Positions 7,847 to 17,209 of a stretch of 60,606 nucleotides of DNA are shown piece after piece. Source of the stretch: Dehalococcoides sp. JdFR-56 (GTDB lineage Bacteria; Chloroflexota; Dehalococcoidia; Dehalococcoidales; RBG-16-60-22); NCBI GenBank assembly GCA_002011495.1, contig MTNR01000024.1, positions 1-60,606 on the forward strand, in the 5' to 3' direction. Numbering within the stretch: the stretch's first letter is position 1; every line of letters starts with the position of its first letter. The notes under the pieces were generated by a model. That model was not told the DNA's origin. It was given only the letters and a program-made list of their open reading frames with translations, and ran no database searches. A program made the position numbers and the translations under genes.

Positions 7847-10249
7847 ATGAAGGTTCCGCTCAAGTGGCTCAAGGAATACATTGACCTCACCCTGCCTCCG
7901 GCCGAGCTTGCCGAGAAACTGACCATGGCGGGCATTGAGGCGGGAGGGATAGAGGTCATCGGTGAGAGGTGGGATAACGTCGTCGTTGGCGAGATTGTGG
8001 CGGTAAAACCCCACCCCAACGCCGACCGCCTGCGCCTGCCCACGGTAGATCTGGGCACCGAGCAGCAAACCGTGGTTTGCGGAGCCCCCAACCTCAGGGT
8101 GGGGGACAAGGTCGCCTTTGCCCGGGTTGGCGCCGAGCTCATTGATGGGCACACCGGCCAATTAACCCGCCTCAAGCCAGCCAAGATTCGGGGAGTTGAA
8201 TCCAGCGGCATGGTTTGCTCAGAAAAGGAACTGGGAATCTCCGATAACCACCAGGAAATCCTGGTGCTGCCTCCGGATGCTCCGGTGGGCGCGCCGCTGG
8301 CAGAGTACCTGGGTGACGTTATCCTGGACCTGGAGGTAACGCCCAACCGGGCCGATTGCCTTTCCATAATCGGCATCGCCCGGGAGGTGGCGGCGCTCAC
8401 CGGCCAAAGCCTGCATCCCCCCAAGGTCAGCTACGAGGAATCCCCTCCCCCGATAGCGGAGCAGGTAGCCATAGAAATCGCTGACCCTGACCTGTGCCCC
8501 CGCTACTGCGCCAGCCTGATTACCGGGGTCAAGATCGCCGAATCCCCCCAGTGGATGCAGCGCAGACTTCTTGCCTGCGGCATGCGCCCGATAAATAACA
8601 TCGTTGATATCACCAACTACGTCATGCTGGAGCTGGGCCAGCCCCTGCACGCCTTTGACTACGAGAAAATCATGGGCAGAAAGATCATCGTCCGCCGGGC
8701 TGAGGAGGGCGAGATCATCGTCAGCCTAGACGGGGTGGAGCGAACCCTCTCCCACGATATGCTGGTGATCGCCGATGAAGTGCGGGCAGTAGCCATCGCC
8801 GGCGTGATGGGCGGGGCCAACAGCGAGGTCACCGAGGAGACGACCTCAATCCTGCTGGAAGCAGCCAGCTTCAATCCGGCCAGCATTCACCACACCAGCC
8901 GGAGCCTGTCTCTGCCCAGCGAGGCCTCCATGCGCTTTGAGCGAGGTATTCGCCCTGAGCTGACCATACCCGCCCTGAAACGAGCTACCCAGCTCATGGC
9001 GGAGCTGGCCGGCGGCAAGGTCGCCCAAGGGGTGGCCGATGTTTACCCCGGAAGACGCAAGCCAAAGCCCATCCGGCTCAGCGCCGAAAAAACCAAAGCG
9101 CTTCTGGGCGTTGAATTTAGCCTTGAGCAGATAGTGAGCACGCTGACTTCACTGGGCTTTGAGTGCCAGCCGGCTTCAGCGGACGAGATTCAGGTCACCC
9201 CACCATACTGGCGCGGCGATATCCAACAGGCGGTTGACCTCATTGAGGAGGTGGCCCGCATCGCCGGCTATGATAAGATTCCAACCACCATGCTCAGCCA
9301 GCCACTGCCCAGACAGAATCCGGCGCCCATCATTGGTCTGCGGCAGAAGATAAGAAATAGCCTCATTGGCTACGGCTTCCAAGAGGTGATCACCTACTCC
9401 CTGACCAGCCTGGAAATGCTAAGAAAACTCAGGCCCGAGGCTCAGCCACTTGAGCCCACACCTCTGCGCCTGGCCAACCCAATGACCGCTGACCAGGAAT
9501 ACCTCCGCCCCACCCTGCGGGCCAACCTGCTTGCCATCCTGGAGGCAAACCGCAGGCATGAAGAGGACGGCATTCGCCTTTTTGAGCTGGGCAAGGTGTA
9601 CCTAGTGCGGGAAGGAGACCTGCCTGATGAGCCCGAGGTGCTCTGTGGTCTGCTCAGCGGGACGAGAGAGGAGAAATCATGGCACGGTGATGGCAGCCTA
9701 CTTGATTTCTTTGACGCCAAAGGGGTGGTTGAAGGACTACTAGCTAAGCTAGGGGTAGCTGCCAGCTTTGAGCCGAGTGATGACGCGAGTTTCCACCCGC
9801 TCAAACAGGCGGCCATCGTCATCGGGGATAGAAGGCTGGGGGTGGTGGGAGAACTGCATCCCAAGGTAGCCGCCGCTTTTGATATCTCGGAACCGGCTTA
9901 CCTCTTTGAAATCAGGGTGACCGACCTTTTACCCTTCACCCTGGAACACAAGATGTTCCAGCCCATACCCCGCTTCCCGCCCACGGTGAGGGATATCGCC
10001 CTCATCGTTGACAACGGAGTGAGTCACCAGCAAGTGGTGGATATCATCAAGGGCTTCTCCCTGGTAAAGCAGGTCACCATCTTTGACGTTTACTCCGGGA
10101 AACAAGTGCCCGAGGGCAAGAAATCCCTCGCCTATCGCATTACCTACCAGTCACCAACCCACACCCTGACCGATGAAGAGGTAAATAAAGTTCAGGAGCA
10201 AATCCTGCGCAAACTATCTCAGCAGCTCGGGGCCACCCTGCGCGGCTAG
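7847..10249 (+). CDS. pheT: Phenylalanine--tRNA ligase beta subunit
   Basis: 800 aa, MKVPLKWLKEYI N-terminus, tRNA-binding, B3/4, B5 and FDX-ACB regions. Confidence 0.95.
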   Translation: MKVPLKWLKEYIDLTLPPAELAEKLTMAGIEAGGIEVIGERWDNVVVGEIVAVKPHPNADRLRLPTVDLGTEQQTVVCGAPNLRVGDKVAFARVGAELIDGHTGQLTRLKPAKIRGVESSGMVCSEKELGISDNHQEILVLPPDAPVGAPLAEYLGDVILDLEVTPNRADCLSIIGIAREVAALTGQSLHPPKVSYEESPPPIAEQVAIEIADPDLCPRYCASLITGVKIAESPQWMQRRLLACGMRPINNIVDITNYVMLELGQPLHAFDYEKIMGRKIIVRRAEEGEIIVSLDGVERTLSHDMLVIADEVRAVAIAGVMGGANSEVTEETTSILLEAASFNPASIHHTSRSLSLPSEASMRFERGIRPELTIPALKRATQLMAELAGGKVAQGVADVYPGRRKPKPIRLSAEKTKALLGVEFSLEQIVSTLTSLGFECQPASADEIQVTPPYWRGDIQQAVDLIEEVARIAGYDKIPTTMLSQPLPRQNPAPIIGLRQKIRNSLIGYGFQEVITYSLTSLEMLRKLRPEAQPLEPTPLRLANPMTADQEYLRPTLRANLLAILEANRRHEEDGIRLFELGKVYLVREGDLPDEPEVLCGLLSGTREEKSWHGDGSLLDFFDAKGVVEGLLAKLGVAASFEPSDDASFHPLKQAAIVIGDRRLGVVGELHPKVAAAFDISEPAYLFEIRVTDLLPFTLEHKMFQPIPRFPPTVRDIALIVDNGVSHQQVVDIIKGFSLVKQVTIFDVYSGKQVPEGKKSLAYRITYQSPTHTLTDEEVNKVQEQILRKLSQQLGATLRG

Positions 10250-10257
10250 CTTTCCAC

Positions 10258-10995
10258 TTAAATGGTGAATTCCCAGGCGCAGTACCACTCCTCAGGGTGG
10301 GGGTCGGGTGGACAGCCAAGACAAGTAGTCTTGATTCGCGGGTCAATGCCTTCGGCAAACCTGGTGTATTCCACCACGCCGGCCGATTTGCAGGGGTAGT
10401 CAGGAAGACCAGCCCGCTTTCTTGCCGATTGCACTCTACACTCATTCATCCTGAAGATGAGCTTATTTGGGCTCACCTCAACGATTTCCTGCCGGTTAAT
10501 CAAAGCGTACTGGCGGTACCCTAGTGCCTCCTTCAAAGCTGGTAGCCCACCCCCATCCGGCAGGTTAAGCCTTTTCCTTATTCTCTTGGCCTCTATGTAG
10601 GCGAATTTGGCCCAGCAGGAATCGTTGATTCTCTTGGCGTTGTACATCTCATAATCAAAGTTTTGCTCCACCACCTGAAACCAGACGCCGTCACTGGCCA
10701 GCCAGTTCTTGGCCATGTCCACCAGAAGCTCCACCAGCTCCTCCTTGGCGGCCTCGGTGAGGAAGCGAGGAACGCCGTCCTTGGTTGGCACCTTAAACCT
10801 ACTGGCCACCCGCTCCAGCATAATCGGCAGCACCTTGCGCCAGGCGATATCATCCACCTCTATCGCCTTATCCAGGCCGAGCTGATGCTCCGTCTCCCAG
10901 AACCAAGTCCCGTAATGCAGGGCGATAAGATGCAGGGAATCAAAAATAAGGTCAACGAGCTCCTGCTCATCAAGCTTGTATCGCTCTTCTTTCAT
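10258..10995 (-). CDS. Conserved hypothetical protein with Cys-rich C-terminus
   Basis: 245-aa ORF. GAGGAG RBS 11 nt after the proS stop suggests co-transcription. C-terminal CLGCPPDPHPEEWYCAWEF. The family assignment (DUF6125/ATC-hydrolase-like) is recollection only. Confidence 0.6.
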   Translation of the reverse strand: MKEERYKLDEQELVDLIFDSLHLIALHYGTWFWETEHQLGLDKAIEVDDIAWRKVLPIMLERVASRFKVPTKDGVPRFLTEAAKEELVELLVDMAKNWLASDGVWFQVVEQNFDYEMYNAKRINDSCWAKFAYIEAKRIRKRLNLPDGGGLPALKEALGYRQYALINRQEIVEVSPNKLIFRMNECRVQSARKRAGLPDYPCKSAGVVEYTRFAEGIDPRIKTTCLGCPPDPHPEEWYCAWEFTI

Positions 10996-11006
10996 CTTGC
11001 TCCTCG

Positions 11007-12710
11007 CTAGCCAGCGTGGGCCATAAGACCTTTAAGCCGGGTAATTACTTCCTCCCGTGGCACTAGCTCGGCTTCCTTTTCTGAGCGCTGCTTCAGCTCC
11101 ACGCTATCTTTCTCCAGGGTACGGGGGCTGACGGTGACCCGGATGGGTATGCCCAAAAGGTCAGCATCATTGAACTTCACCCCCGGTGACTCCTCGCGGT
11201 CATCAAAGAGCACCTCCCAGCCCTCCGCCTCAAATTGGGCATAAAGAGCCTCGGCAACCTCAGCGACTTGGCTGCCCTCCCGATATAGGGGACAAAGATA
11301 AATCTGATAGGGGGCGATAGGTATTGGCCAGATAATGCCCTTGTCATCATGGTAACGCTCGATGGCGGCGGCCACCAACCTGCCCAGGCCAATGCCGTAA
11401 CACCCCATAACGATCGGCCGGGATACGCCCTTCTCATCAATGAAGTAAGCCCCCAGCGCCTCGCTCAAGAAAGTGCCCAGCTTGAAAACGTGCCCCACCT
11501 CAATCCCTTGGGTTGAGAGCAACTTGCCTCCGCACCTGGGGCACCCCTCCCCGGCCCTGGCCCGGGAGATATCAACCACAATGTCCGCCTTAAAATCCCT
11601 GGGGTAGTTGACATTTTTGATATGGGTATCGGGCTTATTGCCCCCGGCAACGAAGTTTATCCCCGGGGTTACCGATTCATCAACCACCACCTTGACGCCC
11701 TTAAGCCCGAGGGGCGAGGCCGAGCCAGCGACGATGCCCGCCTGGTTCACCTCAGCTTCGGTAGCCATATGAAGGTCAACGCAATGCAAAGCGTTCTTCA
11801 GCTTCACCTCGTTCACCTCAAGGTCACCCCGGATCATGGCAAAGACCAGCTCGCCATCGGCGACGTAGAACACCGCCTTCAGGGTGTGGTTCCGAGGCAC
11901 GTTGAGAAAGGCGGAGACTTCCTCAATGGTGGTCACCCCAGGAGTGGCCACCTCCTCAAGCGGCAAGGGCTCTTCAGGAGGCACTTTCTCTTTCACGCTT
12001 TCCGCTTTATCCACATTGGCGGCGTACTTGCAGCGCTCACAATAGATAACCTCGTCCTCACCACTTTCGGCGATGAGCATAAACTCGTGGGAGTCCTTGC
12101 CACCAATAGCCCCGCTATCCGCCTCAACCAGAAGCGTAGGTAGCCCGCAGCGGTCATAGATATTCTGATAGGCCTGGAGCATCTTGTTATAGCTCTCATC
12201 CAGCCCGGCCTCATCAGCATCAAAGCTGTAGAGGTCCTTCATGATGAATTCCCTAACCCGGATCAGCCCGCCCCGAGGGCGGGGCTCATCACGGAACTTG
12301 GTCTGAATCTGGTAAAGCAGTTTGGGCAGGTCTCGGTAGCTCTGCACGTAACGGCTGACCAGCTGGGTGAGCACCTCCTCATGCGTCGGCCCCAGGACCA
12401 GAGGGCGGTCCCGACGGTCGGAGAGGGTAAAGAGCCCTTTGCCAAAAGCCCGGTCCCGCCCGGTCTCCTGCCACAGCTCCAGCGGCTGCAACACCGGCAG
12501 ACCCAGCTCCTGCCCACCGGCCTTGTCCATCTCCTCGCGGATGATGTTCTCTATTTTCTTCAGCACCCTCCAGCCCAGAGGGAGGAAGGAATAGACACCC
12601 GCCGCCACCTGGCTTATCATCCCGGTTCTCAAGAGCAATTGGTGGCTGATGGTATCCGCCTCAGCCGGTATTTCCCTTTGCGTTTTGCCGAATAGCTGTG
12701 ATAACCGCAC
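11007..12710 (-). CDS. proS: Proline--tRNA ligase (bacterial type with INS editing domain)
   Basis: 567 aa, MRLSQLFGKTQREIPAEADTISHQLLLR N-terminus, class II motifs. GTG start. Confidence 0.95.
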   Translation of the reverse strand: MRLSQLFGKTQREIPAEADTISHQLLLRTGMISQVAAGVYSFLPLGWRVLKKIENIIREEMDKAGGQELGLPVLQPLELWQETGRDRAFGKGLFTLSDRRDRPLVLGPTHEEVLTQLVSRYVQSYRDLPKLLYQIQTKFRDEPRPRGGLIRVREFIMKDLYSFDADEAGLDESYNKMLQAYQNIYDRCGLPTLLVEADSGAIGGKDSHEFMLIAESGEDEVIYCERCKYAANVDKAESVKEKVPPEEPLPLEEVATPGVTTIEEVSAFLNVPRNHTLKAVFYVADGELVFAMIRGDLEVNEVKLKNALHCVDLHMATEAEVNQAGIVAGSASPLGLKGVKVVVDESVTPGINFVAGGNKPDTHIKNVNYPRDFKADIVVDISRARAGEGCPRCGGKLLSTQGIEVGHVFKLGTFLSEALGAYFIDEKGVSRPIVMGCYGIGLGRLVAAAIERYHDDKGIIWPIPIAPYQIYLCPLYREGSQVAEVAEALYAQFEAEGWEVLFDDREESPGVKFNDADLLGIPIRVTVSPRTLEKDSVELKQRSEKEAELVPREEVITRLKGLMAHAG

Positions 12711-12831
12711 TTTTAAAACTCCATTCTAGTAATCTTTTTATCCACCCTGCATCTCCCTTCCTTAAGAGGAGAGATAAGGGTTATGGAAGACTGGGGACAC
12801 AGGAATAGTATAATACACTTCAACCTCCGAG

Positions 12832-15423
12832 TCACCCATCCTTAATCCTCTGGCCAGGGCTCTGGCCGGTCTCTTTTGCCTTCACTCTCCTCCACTTCCC
12901 GATGAAGAAAAGCGCCGACGCGCCCATGATTAGCAATATGACAACGACGGTAACCAGCCACCAGCCGATACCTCCAGGCGCCGATGGCGCCGGGGCTGGT
13001 GTCACCTCCGGGGCTGGCGGTGGCGTAACCGGCGCGGGTGGTGGAATTGATGGTGGCGGTGGGGATGGAGCCACTTTTTCTCTGACCACGAACGAGCCGC
13101 GCAGCCCATCAACCTCAACCGTATGAGCACCGGCGCTTTCTCCAGTGCTGGTGAAGGTGACCACCTCGCTACCGCCGCCAGCAAGAACGATCTTCCTCGT
13201 CTCCACAGCCATTCCATCTATTTTAAGTGTGACCTCATAGCTGCCAGCAAGGTCACCGGTATTGGTCACGATAACGCTTACCATCACGCTTTCCCCAATG
13301 TCAACCTCCGCCGGAGATACACTCAAGGTGCTGGTGGTAAAAGCCGCCGGAGCCTTGGGCGCTTTAACCACGAAAGTTGCCCGCAGACCAGCGATGTCCA
13401 CGATATGTTCCCCAGCAGTGTCCGGGGTAACGCTGAAGCCGACCACCTCGCTATCACCGCCGTCAAGGGTGACCTCCTTCGTCTGCACAACCATGTCATC
13501 TATTTTGAGGTTGAGCTCATAGCTACCGGTGAGGTCGCCGGTATTGGTGACCAGAACGCTGATGGTTAGGCCTTCCCCCAGCTCAAGCTCACCCGGGGTT
13601 ATTGATAAGTCGGCGACGGCAAAGCTGGCTGGGCTGGTGCGCACTAGAAGATCAAAAGGGGTAAAATGACTGACTTTGGCGGTGACGGTATCATCCTCCG
13701 GATAAACGGTGCTTTCCAGTGCTACCCACTGGCCAGCCTTCCCATCCCACCAGGCGAGGTAAAGATTCCTTTCAGCAACCCCCTCTGGCAATAGGGAGGC
13801 ATCATACTCAAAGGTGAGCTCAATCGGCGGGTCAAAGCGGGCGCCATCCGGACCAATGGCATAAACCGGCCCGATAACCGTGGTCTGGGGTGGTGGAGAT
13901 GGTGGCTCTGCCATCTCCTTGATGCGAATGCTGGAGAGCAGCGAGCCCATCCGGTTCTTACCGATGGTATCCTTGGGGATGAAGAGCCTGACTTTACCAT
14001 CCCCGCTTCTGGCGATAACGTCCTCGGTAAATCTGCCGTCCTCGGTGATGGCATAGAGGACACTGGTGATACCAGCTGCTCCCCCACCCCCACCCAGGGG
14101 TGGGAGAACCTCAGCGAAGTTAGCGGTGAGTGTCTTATCAGCATCCATGGTCACGGTGGTGTTGGCCGAGCCAGCATCGGCCACCCCACCAGTCCAGCCA
14201 GCAAACTGCCAGCCAGCGTCCGGAGTGGCCACCAGATTCACCACCTCACCAGCCTTGTAGGTGAATGTCCCCTCACCAGGCACAGTTACCGTGCCTCCCG
14301 CAGTGCTGCTCACCGTCAAGTCATATTTGGCAAGGGTGAAGGCGTCAAACTGACTGCCATCAGGCCTGATGCCAACCCCGGACAAGGTATTGCCATCCAG
14401 TGATATGGAGACAAAGTGATAGGTTGACTCAAAATAAATGGACCAGTCATTCGATTGCTGCTGAGAGTAGAGTGGGGCGCCCCCGCCACCGGTGACGAGG
14501 TAAGTTACCCCATTCACCAGGCTGCGCTCGTAATCATGGTCATGGCCGGAAAAGACGATATCCACGTCATATTTTTCAAAGAGCGGCTGCAGGGCAGCCC
14601 GGACGGCGAGGTCACTGCCATGGTCCCCGGAGCTATACGGGGGGAAGTGAAAGAACACGAACTTCCAAGGCTGGGTACTACCGGCCAAATCCTGCTCCAG
14701 CCAGAGGTACTGCTCGCTGCCCACGCTGTAATCCCCGTATCCGTCCACTTGCAGGCTGACGAAGTGAGCATGCCCGTAATCAAATGAATACCACCTCTCA
14801 TTACCCGGGAGGTAGAAAAAATCAAAATAGTTCGGGTGGTTCTCCTCGTGATTACCTATTGCGGGGAACAAGGTAGTGGTGCTCATCAGGTCTTTCTCTA
14901 TGGCAAAAAAGCTATCCCAGTCGCTCATCAGGGCGCCGCTTTCCACCAAATCGCCGGTGTTCAGGTAGAAATCCGGCGCCACACTAATTATCCCATCCAC
15001 CACGCTCTGGTGAGCCGCCACACCAGTTCGGCAATCCCCATAAACGACGAAGTTAAATGAGGTCTGGGTGGGCCCGGCTGCTGTTTTCAGGGTATTATCC
15101 CCGCTCAAGTCCCTGGCGCTGGTTCCCACCCGATAGTGATAGGTGGTATAGGGATTGAGCCCAGCTAGCGTAATAACATGCCTGGTCACCAGGGCGGCAT
15201 CGCTGGCCGTAGACCCGTATTCAGTGGTGAGCCCGTATTTTACCACGCTATCAGTTGGCTGGTCTGTCTCCCAGACAATGACGATTGAAGTGGGCGTCAC
15301 TGACTGTAAATAGGGACCCCGGGTCAGAACTGCGGGCTGCGCTAGTACACTTGATAAGCTCCCAGGCATCAAAGCCAGGAGCAAGCCAGCCAACAGTGCC
15401 GCCAGAAACTTTCTCGCCCGCAT
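12832..15423 (-). CDS. Secreted, membrane-anchored multidomain metallophosphoesterase (purple-acid-phosphatase-like)
   Basis: 863 aa. Signal peptide, then FN3-like N domain plus calcineurin-like core (GDCR, GDLV, GNHE, GHDHDYER). Then a B-repeat-like domain, two tandem CARDB-like repeats, a Pro-rich stalk, a C-terminal TM helix and a basic tail. Confidence 0.8.
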   Translation of the reverse strand: MRARKFLAALLAGLLLALMPGSLSSVLAQPAVLTRGPYLQSVTPTSIVIVWETDQPTDSVVKYGLTTEYGSTASDAALVTRHVITLAGLNPYTTYHYRVGTSARDLSGDNTLKTAAGPTQTSFNFVVYGDCRTGVAAHQSVVDGIISVAPDFYLNTGDLVESGALMSDWDSFFAIEKDLMSTTTLFPAIGNHEENHPNYFDFFYLPGNERWYSFDYGHAHFVSLQVDGYGDYSVGSEQYLWLEQDLAGSTQPWKFVFFHFPPYSSGDHGSDLAVRAALQPLFEKYDVDIVFSGHDHDYERSLVNGVTYLVTGGGGAPLYSQQQSNDWSIYFESTYHFVSISLDGNTLSGVGIRPDGSQFDAFTLAKYDLTVSSTAGGTVTVPGEGTFTYKAGEVVNLVATPDAGWQFAGWTGGVADAGSANTTVTMDADKTLTANFAEVLPPLGGGGGAAGITSVLYAITEDGRFTEDVIARSGDGKVRLFIPKDTIGKNRMGSLLSSIRIKEMAEPPSPPPQTTVIGPVYAIGPDGARFDPPIELTFEYDASLLPEGVAERNLYLAWWDGKAGQWVALESTVYPEDDTVTAKVSHFTPFDLLVRTSPASFAVADLSITPGELELGEGLTISVLVTNTGDLTGSYELNLKIDDMVVQTKEVTLDGGDSEVVGFSVTPDTAGEHIVDIAGLRATFVVKAPKAPAAFTTSTLSVSPAEVDIGESVMVSVIVTNTGDLAGSYEVTLKIDGMAVETRKIVLAGGGSEVVTFTSTGESAGAHTVEVDGLRGSFVVREKVAPSPPPPSIPPPAPVTPPPAPEVTPAPAPSAPGGIGWWLVTVVVILLIMGASALFFIGKWRRVKAKETGQSPGQRIKDG

Positions 15424-15488
15424 CCCTTACCGCCCAGAGCAAAAGGCTTCCTTACAAAAGGTGATTAAGCCGAGAAAGGCTTCGCCTC

Positions 15489-16166
15489 TTAAAGTTTTCC
15501 CTCTCTTTCTTGGTTGATAATTTCATCTATCTTCCCAGGTGGATATTTAAACTCCCCTTTCTTAAAGTGGTCTGCCAAATCTTTAATATTACCAAACGCT
15601 ACTCGTATTTTATGATCCTTACAATATTTAACAGTCTGCTGTGTGAACTTCTCGTAATTTTTAACGAAAAATCCGCGGTCTTTACGCTCGTTTTTAATAT
15701 ACTCGGCCAATTGATGCCAGCACCGCAATGCTGGTGGCCCAGCGAAAACCTCAATTGCTAAGCGCTTGTCAATAATTCCCTGTTTGACCAGAGCACCAAG
15801 TAACTCAAACTTATCAAGTACCCCATCTATACTATTCATATCAGTGCGGCACAAAGATTGCACCCTCTCAGGCCTTAGTTTATATATAAAACGAAGTATA
15901 TTTTTAGTTTCCTCACTGCGTAACTCGCGGAATAGCTGGGCTGCAAGTTGAGCATTAGTACTTTTTCTTGCCTCTCTAATCTGCCAAAAAGCTGCCCCAA
16001 CACCTCCCGCTAAGACCCAAGTAGCGAAACCATATAAAACTAGCCAATTCCACAGCCGATAGGTACAAAGTAATCCTATTCCAACTGCCAACCAGATTAT
16101 CGCGATGATTAGAATTGTAAGAGGCCAGTTGATCCTATCAATAAGCCCTTTTGCTTTATCTAGCAT
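15489..16166 (-). CDS. Hypothetical membrane protein, low-GC (possibly DUF4760-like; unverified)
   Basis: 225-aa ORF with two N-terminal TM helices and a helical cytoplasmic domain. About 40% GC by eye against an about 58% background. Its ATG overlaps the ispG stop (ATGCTAG). Confidence 0.6.
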   Translation of the reverse strand: MLDKAKGLIDRINWPLTILIIAIIWLAVGIGLLCTYRLWNWLVLYGFATWVLAGGVGAAFWQIREARKSTNAQLAAQLFRELRSEETKNILRFIYKLRPERVQSLCRTDMNSIDGVLDKFELLGALVKQGIIDKRLAIEVFAGPPALRCWHQLAEYIKNERKDRGFFVKNYEKFTQQTVKYCKDHKIRVAFGNIKDLADHFKKGEFKYPPGKIDEIINQEREGKL

Positions 16167-17209
16167 AGCCCCTCCACTTCCCTCATCAGCGCTTTCAGGA
16201 AATCCTTTTCCTCCACCACTCCAACTTTTTCGCCCTTTTTGAAGATAACGCCTCTGCCTTTGCCGCAGGCGATGCCCACATCGGCGTCTTTGGCTTCGCC
16301 GGGGCCGTTGACCACGCAGCCCATCACCGCCACCTTTATCGGTTTAGTGACCTTGGCTAGCTCAGCCTCCACCTCTTCAGCCAATTTTACAATATCAACC
16401 TCCGCCCGACCACAGGAGGGGCAGCTTACCAGAACCGGCCCATGCTGGCGCAAATCCAGACTTTTCAGGATTTCATAGCCAGCGATCACTTCTTCCCGGG
16501 GATGGGCGGTCAGGGACACGCGGATGGTATCCCCAATGCCCATATAGAGCAGAGTGCCGATACCTACCGCGCTGCGGATAACTCCTTTCTTCGGTGTGCC
16601 AGCTTCCGTAATCCCCAGATGCAAAGGATATGGTATCTTCTCAGCGATAGTCCGGTAGGCTTCAATCGTCGTGGGCACATCAAAGGCTTTTAGAGAAACC
16701 TTGATCAAGTCAAAGTCAAGGCTCTCAAGCAACTTTATCTGCTCTAACGCCGCCTCAACCATGCGCTGGGCAACGCTCAATTCGGGATCGGCCGTTTTGG
16801 GCAAGCTGCCAGCGTTTAAGCCGATGCGTATCGGGACATTTCTCTCCTTCGCTGCCAGCGCCACCGCTCTTATCTTCTCCGCCTCGCCGATATTACCCGG
16901 GTTAAGTCTCAAGCCATCGGCGCCAGCTTCCAGCGCCATCAGAGCAAGGCGATAATCAAAGTGAATATCAGCGATCAGAGGTATGGAGATACCCTTCCTT
17001 ATCTCGGATATCGCCTGGGCGGCCTCGGCATCAGGCACCGCCACCCGCACCAGCTCGCAGCCAACATCCTCAAGCTCCCTGATCTGCTCAATGGTAGCTC
17101 TGATATCGCGGGTATCAGTGTTGGTCATGGACTGCACCACGATGGGGGCACCCCCACCGATGGTCACCTCGCCGATTTGAATCGGTTTACTTATTCGCCT
17201 GGGGTTCAT
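16160..17209 (-). CDS. ispG: 4-hydroxy-3-methylbut-2-en-1-yl diphosphate synthase
   Basis: 349 aa, TIM-barrel N domain plus C-terminal Fe-S motifs SCPSCGR and MGCVVNGPGE. Confidence 0.95.
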   Translation of the reverse strand: MNPRRISKPIQIGEVTIGGGAPIVVQSMTNTDTRDIRATIEQIRELEDVGCELVRVAVPDAEAAQAISEIRKGISIPLIADIHFDYRLALMALEAGADGLRLNPGNIGEAEKIRAVALAAKERNVPIRIGLNAGSLPKTADPELSVAQRMVEAALEQIKLLESLDFDLIKVSLKAFDVPTTIEAYRTIAEKIPYPLHLGITEAGTPKKGVIRSAVGIGTLLYMGIGDTIRVSLTAHPREEVIAGYEILKSLDLRQHGPVLVSCPSCGRAEVDIVKLAEEVEAELAKVTKPIKVAVMGCVVNGPGEAKDADVGIACGKGRGVIFKKGEKVGVVEEKDFLKALMREVEGLC

